Shown: one piece after another, positions 12,609 through 23,567 of the stretch
Position numbering within the stretch: position 1 is the stretch's first letter
How the letters are laid out: every line of letters starts with the position of its first letter
Assembly: GCA_003344405.1 (NCBI GenBank)
Contig: NOWV01000124.1
Span: forward strand, 186,001 to 227,693
Source: Trichoplax sp. H2
Taxonomy: Eukaryota
Length of the DNA: 41,693 nucleotides
Direction: 5' to 3'
The notes under the pieces: generated by a model
What the model was told of the DNA's origin: nothing
Seen by the model: the letters and a program-made list of their open reading frames with translations, nothing else
Database searches by the model: none
Made by a program: the position numbers and the translations under genes

Positions 12609-14093
12609 GGGATAGATAATCTAGGTGATAAAGTAGTGTCATTGCGAAAATCTCACTTGGCTAACCATTTTCGACATAGAACCCATCCTTTGATATCGTA
12701 ATACTTAGACTTACGTGTATGATGATTTCTTCGATGAAAGTTGATTCATCATCGAATGTTATAATCAATTTGGATACATCGACGGGGATGACGTACTTTT
12801 TATCGAAATAGAATTTCGATAACTGCAACAAGCATGTAAGAAAATATTATAATACAGAACTCTAGCATTTTATAATTTAATTTGCTACCGTTAGAGTAAA
12901 TATATAAAACTTTAGTACGTCAATATTCAGAGCCCCAAAGAAGTTGAAGTAAAGCTCTCTAGCACCGACCAGAATTAAAGAGTCAACTACCCAATTAACC
13001 GTAAAAAGTACTAATTCGAAAATAGGACTATCCGATGTCAAGCATTGTAATATTCTCTGAAAGTAGGAGCAGTTAATCAAATCATAGTTTACGAGTAAAG
13101 TAAATGAACTGAGTCTGGTTATTGAATCTAGTAAGTGTAGATTGTACAAATATAATTTCCTAGCATAATTGGTTAGTATGTCATGGAAGGGGATGCTTTC
13201 GATTTTATTGCTCATTTAGTAATTGTTATTGCAAAACGATTGTCGCTACTATCGTAAAAATTTAGGTGCATGTAGTTAAATTAAACCATTTTGTATTCAA
13301 CGTTTATTAAGCCGTTTCATTAGTAGATAAAATTATTATGTGTTCTTACACTTTCTTAGGGAAATTGCAAGAGCGTTACCGATAAATGTTAATTTGACGT
13401 TATCAAATAGACGCCACTGTCACTCCTAATAATTTAATAGGATGCAAAATAATCATCAAAATATTCTGCTACCTAGATGTAAAGTTAGTATATTGCTAAG
13501 TTGCAATGATGCTTGATATTTTTAATGCTTATCCATAATGCCCAATTCTTTTATTAGGCTGCTACTGTGCTAACTTTTCAGGATAGGGTAAATAACACGG
13601 TCATCATATTTTCAATTAGTACTCTTTTAATGCGATTGAAGTGATAATCAATGTCGTTATTCTGCGAGTAATAACTGTCAATAGATAGATTACAGAAAAC
13701 GATTTAAAATGATATGAAAGTTATGTCAGCTAATAGAATAAATCAGGATATATAACTAATGAACAGTTTGATAATTTATTTAATAAAATATCTTTTTGTG
13801 TTACAATTCATGTTCTACAGTATTGCAGGAAAGCAAAAGTTTTCTTACTTTAACATTAACAGCTGTACCCTATTATAGCAAAAATAGTAATGCTTAAAAT
13901 ATTCGAATGCTTACATCGGCTAAAATAAGTGGATATCAATGCAATATTCAATTCTCTAATGGGTACAATATCAACAGAAATAAAATATTGATATTTCAAG
14001 TTATAACACGTAAATAGGATCAAAAAAGCTATATGATTATCTTGTATTTGAAGCTAATGAACAGCTTATACTTTAACATGTGGCAGATCTATT

Positions 14094-16065
14094 CTATTCA
14101 CAATTTCCTTTATCGACTTGCGCAGAATTTTTGCTATTTCTCTTATTAGATTTCATTGCTTCAAGCGTCAATATTATTAGATAATATTCCTTATACATCC
14201 TTTCTACTTCGTAATATTCTGATGCTAATATTCGGTAATAAGCTATATTTTGATACGTAATTGCATTATCTATGCCTTCCTGAGTATTTCGATCTTCTAG
14301 CCACTTTATTAAAATCCAGATGATAGTCTCATACATTTCGGTAGATACTGGATTTGAGCCATTATTTTTCATTTAATTGTATTAGATAATATGGTATAGG
14401 ATATAGATCATCTCCTAATAATTGCTTTTCAATTGCAGCAGCCTTCTCAAATGCTTCTATCGCTTTGCCTTCTAGTCCTAGTTGCTGATATAGATATCCG
14501 ATATTGCTGTAGCATGCAACTGCTAATAAACTTTGCTCTTCTAAGACAATCATGCATACCATCGACAATTTATAAAATTCACTCAAGGCGTTTTCAAATT
14601 CCTGCCTCAACATATAGACAAAGGCTAAAGTGAATTGAGCAGCAGCCATAAGTAAATGATATTGGCCTAGTTTATATAGCTGACATTGGTAAGACTTGAT
14701 AAACATATCGACGCATTCATTCGATTTACCATTTGCATAATATAGTGCGCCAAAATGATTATATGTTTGGAAGCCGATAGCGTTAGATGCTCATATATAG
14801 TCTGTAAATTATCATTACTATCGTAAATTGCGATTGTGCTAGATCGTATAATCCTTTCCTACAAAGTAGACTATCATAATAATCGTAAGCATCGGTAACA
14901 TTTTGATCTTCGCCACATGCAATTCTTTCAAGTGTTTAATAGTTCTTCTCTACATCCAAGGCATTGTCAATTTTATTACTATTTTTATCCATATAGGCGT
15001 AAACTTTAGTAAATTTGTGTTTTAGATCTGCATAGCTAGAACTATCTCCGCCTCGTGTTCGCATACGGATACTTAAGCACTTGAATAGCACATTTTCCGC
15101 AACTTCATATCGATCCAATGCAATCTCAGAATCGACTAGATTTATTGTGCTAAGGTACATCTGAAATATTACCATATACTCATTGCATTCTAGTAGCTCG
15201 TATCAGATTTTTCTTTGCATCTTGGAATTTAAATTGCTTATTATAACATACACCCATATTATTCAAAGCATTAGCTACGGTGGCGTTGGCATGACCATAA
15301 TCTTGTTTTTCTATCCTGAGTCGCAGTTGCATCGCTTCTTGTGCCTGATCATATTTGCCGATAAATTCATGTGCATCGCTTATATCGCTGTAACTACACG
15401 CAACATCATCGTGATATTTTCCCAATGTTTCAACTTGTATGTCTAAAGCTTGCTTCTAGACAGCAATGGCTTCATCGTATCGATTTAATCCGTTATAAGC
15501 GCTTCCATTGTAGTTTATTTTAGCAGCGGCACTTAAAGGCCTTTCTCCGCGCAAAGGAATATATATTTCTAACAATTTCTTAAAGGCTTGCAACGATTCT
15601 TCAAAGTTTTCCTTTAACGAATATTGCTTACCAAGGTTATGATAGCATCTCGCTACAACGATATTATTGGCCACTTTCATTCTGTCGTAATTCAATTTCG
15701 ATATACTTTTTTAAATTGATTATAGCACGATCTAAATCTCCATTGTAAACCAATATAACACTCATTTTGAGATAAGATTAAGCCATGACTTGGCTATCTT
15801 CATCTGCTACTTTCATTCTTAATTGCATCACTAGTTCATAGCATTGTTGAGCGGCAATATGATCACCTTGATCTTGCTTGATATCGCCTTCATAGTCCAA
15901 GCAATCAGCTAATAATAATTTATCATCCAAATTTCGAAAGCCATCCTTTGCGCTTTGTGGTGATAACATAGCGTACATATGTTTTTTTATTCGAAGTGAA
16001 TTGGCCGCTGAATTGAGCTCATTGATGGTATCTTGTCTATTCGTCTCTTCCACAAATTTGCTCAT
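14094..16065 (-). pseudogene. Tetratricopeptide-repeat protein pseudogene (kinesin-light-chain/nephrocystin-3-type TPRs)
   Basis: Six ORF fragments in shifting frames carry TPR signatures (ADCLDYEGDI, ARCYHNLG..Y, VANALNNMGVCY, AVACYSNIG.LY) and are separated by stops and frameshifts. No intron-sized gaps separate several of the fragments. Confidence 0.85.
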
Positions 16066-16417
16066 ATGTAGTTGAGAACCATTTGAAAAGAATCCGTAGA
16101 CTTGTTTAAATTTCCCTTAAAGCATTGATTGGCAGTGATGGATTTAAGGCAATGAATGCGTTGCTTATTAAAATAACAAGCCATACTCTTTTTCACTTCT
16201 TTTCTCTTCACTCACTCAGTAGACCTTGATAATAAGAGTTGAGGCTTAGAATAGATGGAATGATATTGGTTAATTGATTTAATGAATTATCTTGTAGAGT
16301 TATATACAGCTATGCTTACTACATATACACCCACATGTGACGAAGATGTACAGCATGCTGTATCACCATGGCGATAGATTTTCCTTGGGAGGGTCTATTG
16401 GCAGTCTCATAAAATTG

Positions 16418-16456
16418 CTCATACTATGCTCATATTATGCTCATACTATGCTCATC
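16418..16456 (+). repeat. Short 11-bp tandem repeat (gctcatactat) x ~3.5
   Basis: Read directly: gctcatactat gctcatattat gctcatactat gctcat. Confidence 0.8.
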
Positions 16457-16647
16457 TCGTAGCTCAGCTTTCATGCTAATCATGAATTTTTAGATCCTGT
16501 ACTTGGATGTCTACTGGACTCTACTCACTAGATTCTACAGCTAGCTCATAGTTAGGTGCTCAAGGTACAAAGTGGGCATTTAAACGTTTTTGTGGGCGGA
16601 GGCCCTCTAGACTTACTGTATAGTGATTTAACAGTCTCTGGGCTGCT

Positions 16648-17525
16648 AGTTGATAGAAAGTCTAAAATGCTTTAGAATTCCTCGATTCATCTGCCTTCTC
16701 GAAACCAAGGCAACCTCCAGGAAGCTAACCTAGACTATAACTGAGTATTCGGAGATTGAAAACTAAAAGAGACCTTTAAAGCAAGGAATCCAGGTGAATC
16801 CATTGTTGGGAATACAGTAGCTTAAAAGCAAAGAGGCTTCTAGAACCAAGGCAATCTTCAGGAAATCTACTGAGGTAAATGTTTAGTAGATTAATTAATT
16901 TAAAAGTAGCAAGAACCTTTAAAACAAACCAATCCGCAATGAAATCAGTATTGCTGAAAATAGAGTACATTAAAGGTAGCAAGAGGCTTCTAATCCAAGG
17001 CAAGCAAAAACAAGCTTAACTACTTTACTTTATTGCAGGAAATGCAGTAGATTGAAAGTGGGAAGGAAGTAAAGAATCATAGCAAGACTTACTGCAAAGT
17101 TCAGCAGATTGAAAGCGGTAGCTTTCAAGCCAGGACAACCTCAAGAAACTTATCTGGACTATTACCGGATATACAATAGATTGAAAGCCGAAGGAGCCTT
17201 CTAATGCATACAGCCGCAAACAATTCCAACTTGACCTGCTACTTATTCAGTAGATTAAAAGCGAAAAGAAGCATTTATGCTACGGCATCTGCAAGGAAAC
17301 TTAAGCAACTGTTACTAGATATAGAATAGATTGAAAGTGGAGAAAGCTTCTAAACCAAAGCAACTGCAAACAAAACTCAGCGAAATCCACCTATAAATTC
17401 GGTAGACTGAAAGCAGGAAGAAGTTTGCAAGCCGGGGCAACAACAAAGAAACTCAACTAGACTAGCGCTTGCTACACAGTAGATTGGAAGTAGAAAAAGC
17501 ATTGAAAGCAAGGCAACGACAAACA
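16648..17525 (+). repeat. Degenerate tandem array A, ~12 units of ~57-82 bp, core AGTAGATTGAAAG...CTTCTAAACCAAGGCAAC, upstream of GNAT gene 1
   Basis: The core recurs at roughly 70-77 bp spacing (for example agtagattgaaag-like words near 17046, 17103, 17175, 17249, 17325, 17401, 17478) and ends ~110 bp before the ATG. Confidence 0.85.
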
Positions 17526-17629
17526 CTTTTATTTATATTGAATAATTTTTAGATTCTGTACTTAGTAAAGCATCTAAAGAGAATCAGGTTTGATCTTGTT
17601 GTAATAGAGCTTGGCGTAAAAATATAGAC

Positions 17630-18496
17630 ATGGAAACGAATAACACAAATTCTGACTTTCGAATTGTGACAGCGTCGGCGAAAGATATGAATTGGATATC
17701 GACAATGACCAAACTTCAGAAATGGAATCCTGGATTGAAAGACGTAGTTGCGTTTCATTTGGTGGATCCAAACGGTTTCTTTATTGGTTTATTGAATGAC
17801 AAACCGATGTGCTGTATTTCTGCTGTCAAGTATCCTAACACTACTTACGGATATATCGGGTGCTATATAGTTGAGGAAAACTATCGAGGCAAAGGTTATG
17901 GGTTACGTATATTTAAACACGCCATGGATTATTTAACGGGATGCTATATTGGACTGGATGCTGTCATTTCTCAGCAAAAAAATTACGAGAAATCCGGATT
18001 TCAATTTGCTCATGCTGTAAGAAGGTACATTGGCATCATACAAAGAAAAAGCCAAATTTGTAAAAATATACGATATGCCAAAGATATCTCAATGGATAAG
18101 ATAGTAGAATATGATGCTCGCCATTCTTTTTGTCAAAGGACACATTTCTTAGCGTCATGGATACATGTAGGAACTGATCAATGTTTAGTTTATATCGAGG
18201 ACGATGGCACTATCAGAGGCCTCGGAGGTATTCGTCTCGCTGTCGATGGTTATAGAGTAGGACCACTATTTGCTGAGACACCCGAAATCGCAGAAAACTT
18301 ACTTTATGCTTTGTGTCCTTCGGAAAGCGATACTAAAGTTGATTTCGATGTCCCTGAGCCTAATTCTGACGGTATATGCCTAGCCGAAAGACTAAATTTA
18401 CAGCATATTGAAGAGAGTAGAAGAATGTATACTGGCGCTAGGACCAAACTTCCATTACGCAATATTTTTGCATTCGCGTGCACGGAACTAGGATAG
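17630..18496 (+). CDS. Double-GNAT acetyltransferase, YitH/HolE-like (GNAT plus C-terminal Acetyltransf_18-type domain), copy 1, intronless
   Basis: 288 aa with WNPG..D...F..VDPNGFF, acetyl-CoA motif A YIVEENYRGKGYG, IGLDAV..QQ.NY.K.GF, second-domain YRVGPLFAE and terminal ELG. Confidence 0.92.
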   Translation: METNNTNSDFRIVTASAKDMNWISTMTKLQKWNPGLKDVVAFHLVDPNGFFIGLLNDKPMCCISAVKYPNTTYGYIGCYIVEENYRGKGYGLRIFKHAMDYLTGCYIGLDAVISQQKNYEKSGFQFAHAVRRYIGIIQRKSQICKNIRYAKDISMDKIVEYDARHSFCQRTHFLASWIHVGTDQCLVYIEDDGTIRGLGGIRLAVDGYRVGPLFAETPEIAENLLYALCPSESDTKVDFDVPEPNSDGICLAERLNLQHIEESRRMYTGARTKLPLRNIFAFACTELG

Positions 18497-18765
18497 ACTA
18501 TATTTTAATTCGCCGTTTTTATGTGACGAATATAAAATATATGGAAAGCTATTATGGCCTTAAGTAGTGATAGTACTATATATAAACAGCATGAAATTAA
18601 AATCTTGTTTGGGATATAAAGTAGTATGCTTAGTATGGGAATGCAGTAGGGGGATTTCTAAAGAATTCCTGAGGAGCTGAAGGAATATCAATCACCATGA
18701 TTTTGCTGATACTTTACGCTGTATATCTTTATCGCCTGTGTATACTAACAAACGTGTTTAACAAG

Positions 18766-18925
18766 TTGATCAATGTTGAGCAGAATAAAAACAATTAAAA
18801 TCAAGCAATCGTAGTACTCATAAATCAACTATTTTCTATCATTATGACTTTCATTGTGATATATCAGGCTACAAAGTAATGAGAGCATGATTATAAGCAT
18901 CCGATAAAAAAGTCAGTATAAAGGC
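18766..18925 (+). pseudogene. Decayed duplicate of the 5' region and start of the piggyBac-derived gene (marks the tandem-duplication breakpoint)
   Basis: ttgatcaatg.tgagcagaat...gactttcattgtgata...aaagtcagtat aligns to 23449-23610. Immediately after it, 18933 onward (tctcttcactca...agaccttg) aligns to 16203 onward. Confidence 0.75.
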
Positions 18926-19764
18926 AGAACTATCTCTTCACTCATTCGGAAGACCTTGGTGATAAAATGAATGAAAGTATTATGCATGCAATGTGTCGTA
19001 GTTTCAGCTAATTACAGTAGTAATTGAAGTACGGTAGCATTAAGGTGTAGAATAATCTACTATACTTATAAGGTAATTTCATAATTGCTGACGATGAAAT
19101 AGTTTACTTTTACTATTCGTATCACATTAGAGATTTGCTTAATTTTATATCTCAGATTTGGAGTTCGACAATTGCGAACCTAAGGGTTATGTATGATAGA
19201 CTGGTAATGCCTAGAAATTATTGGGTGATTGACCTAGTGTCGTACGAGAGAATATAACGCTAAGGGGTTGTAAAATCCAAGCACTACACGATGATATTGG
19301 TTAATTGGCTAAATTGATTATTTTGTCCAGCAAGTGGTGGGTGTGACAATGGATGAAGATGTGCAATATGCTGCATCACCATAGTGATGGATACTGCTGG
19401 ACATCCTGGTTAATTTACATTCCCTATACTGACTGAACACTATTTTATTTTGTTACTGTATGGCTATATCATCGTCGCTGCATATTCATGCAGTACAATA
19501 TAATGGACTATGGACCTCTACAACGCTGAATGAAGTTCAGTAATGCATAGCATATGGAAAAAGTTGGAATTGGCCTCATTCTAGTACTAAATAGTAACGA
19601 ATCTACATCAACAATATTGTATTATTTCATTGGCGTATTTTAATCCTAGCGCTGCTCTAGAAAGATAGGTGTTCGCGGACGTTGGGAGAGAGGGCTGATC
19701 TAGTATTTTGGACTCTTCGTATAACGCCATTAGAGGCTGGTACTAGTAGTCTCTGGCTTGCTAG

Positions 19765-20635
19765 TTGATAGCAAGTCTAAAACGCTTCGACACTCCTTGA
19801 TTCATCTACCCTCTTGAAACCAAGGCAACCTCCAGGAAGACAAGTTGGACTATTACTAAGTATTCGGTAGATTGACAGCTGAAAGAAACTTCTAAAGCAA
19901 GGAAATCCAGGTAAAACCGTTGTTGGAATAGAGTCAATTTAAGGCAAAAAGGCTTCTGGAACCAAGGCAACCTCCATGAAATCTAGCAAGGTAAATTTTC
20001 ATTCGATTTAAAGCAGAAAGAGGCTTCAAAACAAGTCAATCTGCAAAGAAACAGGCATTGCTTAAAATAGAGTAGATCAAAGGTAGCAAGGGGCTTCTAA
20101 TCCAAGGCAACTTCAAACAAGCCCTACTAGTCTACTATAGTGCAGGTAATCTAGTAAATTGAAAGTAGGAAGAGCGTAAAGAAGCCAAGCTAAAATTGCT
20201 AGAAGTGCAGTAGATTGAAAGCACAAGCTTCTAAGCCAAGACAACCCAAGGAAACCCATCTGGACTATTACCTGCTATATGTTACATTAAAAGCAGAAGG
20301 AGGCTTGTAATTATATGCAATCGCAAACAAGCTATACTAGAGCTACTGGATATTTAGTAGATTGAAAGTAAAAGAAGTTTCTATGCTAAGGTAACTGCAA
20401 GGAAACCCAAACAGACTATTACCAAATATAGAATAAATTGAAAAACAGAAAGAGCTTCTTTACCAAGGCAACAGCAAATAAAGTCAGCGAGACCCACTGA
20501 TAAAATTCATTAGATTGAAAGCAGGAAGAAGTTTCTAAACCAGGGTAATACCAAAGAAACCAACTAGACTAGTCCTTGATACAGAGTAGATTGAAAGTAG
20601 AAAAAGCTTCTAAACCAAAGTAACTACAACCACTT
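19765..20635 (+). repeat. Degenerate tandem array B, ~12 units, unit-by-unit paralog of array A, upstream of GNAT gene 2
   Basis: Core at ~19866, 19932, 20001, 20071, 20153, 20209, 20281, 20356, 20432, 20509 and 20585. Confidence 0.85.
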
Positions 20636-20740
20636 CGCTTTGTGCCCACTAATTGTAGATATTGTAATCAGTGAAGCAGTAAAAGGGAATCTGGTTTGAT
20701 CTTGCTGAAATAGAGCTTGGCGTAAAAAATAAATAGAGAC

Positions 20741-21607
20741 ATGGAAACGAATAACACAAATTCTGACTTTCAAATCGTGACAGCATCAGCGGAAGATGTG
20801 AACTGGATGTCGACAATGTCCGAACGTGAGAAATGGAATCCTGGATTGAAAGACGCAATCGCATTTCAACTAGTGGATCCAAATGGTTTCTTCATTGGTT
20901 TATTGAATGGTAAACCGGTGTGTTGTATCGCTGCTGTCAAGTATCCTAATACTACTTGCGGATATATCGGGCGTTATATAGTTGAGGAAAACCATCGCGG
21001 CAAAGGTTATGGCTTACGTATATTTAAACACGCCATGGAACATTTAACTGGATGTTGTATTGGACTGGATGCTGTTCCTTCTCAGCAGAAAAATTACAAG
21101 AAATTTGGATTTCAATATGCTACTGCTGTTAAAAGGTATATTGGCGTCATACAAAGAAAAGCCCAAATTTGTAAAAATATACGACGCGCCAAAGATATCT
21201 CAATGGATAAGTTGATAGAATATGATGCTCGCCATTTTCCTTGTCAAAGGACACATTTCTTAGCGTCATGGATACATGTAGGAACTGATCAATGTTTAGT
21301 TTATATCGAGGACGATGGCACTATCAAAGGCCTTGGAGGTATTCGCCTTGGTGTCGATGGTTATAGGGTAGGACCACTATTTGCTGAGACACCCGAAATC
21401 GCAGAAAACTTACTTTACGCTTTGTGTCCTTCGGAAAGCGACACTAAAGTTGATTTCGATATTCCTGAACCTAATTCTGACGGTATACTTCTAGCTGAAA
21501 GATTAAATTTGCAATATTTTGGAGAGAGTGGGAGAATGTATACTGGTGTTATACCCAAACTACCTTTATCCAATATTTTTGCATTTGCAAGTGCGGAACT
21601 AGGATAG
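20741..21607 (+). CDS. Double-GNAT acetyltransferase, YitH/HolE-like, copy 2, intronless
   Basis: 288 aa with the same motifs as copy 1. About 47 aa differences by hand count (~84% identity) and no indels. Confidence 0.92.
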   Translation: METNNTNSDFQIVTASAEDVNWMSTMSEREKWNPGLKDAIAFQLVDPNGFFIGLLNGKPVCCIAAVKYPNTTCGYIGRYIVEENHRGKGYGLRIFKHAMEHLTGCCIGLDAVPSQQKNYKKFGFQYATAVKRYIGVIQRKAQICKNIRRAKDISMDKLIEYDARHFPCQRTHFLASWIHVGTDQCLVYIEDDGTIKGLGGIRLGVDGYRVGPLFAETPEIAENLLYALCPSESDTKVDFDIPEPNSDGILLAERLNLQYFGESGRMYTGVIPKLPLSNIFAFASAELG

Positions 21608-23567
21608 ACTTTATTTTAGTCCGACGTTATTATTTAACGAATACAAATTGTGTGTATAGCCTTAAGTAGTGATAATATTGTTTGTAAATATGATTTTAGC
21701 TTTGGTCTTGGTCTTAACTGGTTTTAATACTGAACTTGCATGTATTAATCTTCAACACAAATACTTGTATTTCACCTTTGCCAGTATATGGGCCAGCACG
21801 AATGCTATCATTTACAATCTATTTGTTCATATTATTTCTTTGCATCATTCCAATATTACTGGTAATGAAGAGTTAAAAGACGAGCAAAAACGCCTGCATT
21901 AGAAAAATTATTTGCTGTTAATGCACGCATCGCTTTAGTCCATAACGGTTTCAAGCATCAATCGATACACGATATAATTTTATCATACCGTTGCGATGCC
22001 AAATTAAGTGAAACTATTGTATTGCTGCAATTTAACCTATTCGTGTTAAATTAATTTAGAAAGGAAATTTGAAACTTGTCTTAATCAACTTTTCAAAGAT
22101 CCTATGCATACTTCATAATATAAGAAGTCGAGACATCGTAAGCACTTATTCGTATTAATTTAATCTATACCACTTCTTTTCTAATACACTGAATATGTGA
22201 TTAAATTAAACTGTGACTAAAGCGGTAGTATTAGCGTTATTAGATGCATCATTTTAAGTTCCTGATTATTACTGCAATCCTTTACAATTTATACGATGAT
22301 AGAACTGTTGATAGTATGTTTAAAACATATTCTGCAAGAAAAGAAAGCTAGTTACAATTGGACATCCATGATCAATATATTTAATATCTTTTACGATTGG
22401 AATGAAATATAAATTTTTACTTCCGGACTGGAAAATTACCACTAACTTCTAGACTAAAACTTGCAGCTCTGTAATCCGCTGTTTGCATGCTGTTCAGTCG
22501 ATTATTAAATGCAATAGATGGCCTGTAATTTCACACCAAAGACTAAGGAAAAAGTTCTTACTACTAAAAGTCTTCTATACTACGTTGTGCTCGTATTCCA
22601 TTTATGGATGGATGTAAGCAATCAGTACGGTTGATTTTAGGTTTTAAAATTTGTGTAACATTAGTCTATACTAGAGATATTGATATTTTACAAGGCATTT
22701 TGCTGTTCCTTTAATATTTCAATTCAATATGACAATACGCTAATAATTTGGACACCATACAGCCAAATCAAGCAAACAGTGGCATAACAGTAATTATTTA
22801 TTTGATCGCCTCGTAATCTCATTGCTGCGTAGACCAATTACGAATAAGTATGAAAACTAGACAGAAGTAAATAAAATCTATAATAAACTGCAAATACAGG
22901 CTCCGGCGTTTAAGTAGAGGTAGCCAACTTCAGAGTTATTTAATACCCAGGGTAGCTGATTTCTTGGATTACTTCCCATATCTTTCATTTCCACATATAA
23001 AGTAAGGTAGTTGTCTTATGTTGAGATGAATTACGATACTGACAAGTGACGACTGGATATTAAGAGAATTTCGATAATTAAAATTTAATATAATGGATCA
23101 CTATATTGCACCAAAAATAGTCCATTGCACTAGTATTATCCAAGTGATAGTCGTAGAATAAATTTGTTAAAGATGTATTTCTATTATTATTCCCGTTGTT
23201 CTAATTTAGTTGCCAATATATCTGCCTATAAATTCGTAAAAGAAAAGTCTAAAAAATCGATTCCTCTGTCAATATCATGAGTAGGACTTGCTAGAAATCA
23301 GATATTAATGGCTCCAAAATAAAATTAGCAATAGCATTTTAAAATGGCCCATCTATTTTATAGCTACGCATTAATCACAAATTAGAATTGGAAATTTTTG
23401 ACTAATTTAGATAGTTGAAATGCACCTAAATCAGTGTTCATTCAAAAATTGATCAATGCTGAGCAGAATTAAAATTAAAATCATGCAATCTTAACATCCA
23501 TAAAATAAAGTCAACTATTCTCTATCACTGGGACTTTCATTGTGATAGATTAGGGCTATAAAGTAAA

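Noticed and set aside
16648-20635. CRISPR array interpretation of the GNAT-upstream repeats
   Set aside because: The repeat cores are far from identical, the variable tails are themselves homologous to one another (ggaaac...gactatta), unit length varies from 56 to 82 bp, there are no cas genes, and the context is eukaryotic.
17630-21607. Bacterial contaminant or endosymbiont contig
   Set aside because: The GNAT genes are contiguous with spliced and animal-specific genes, share the local base composition, and show no operon structure.
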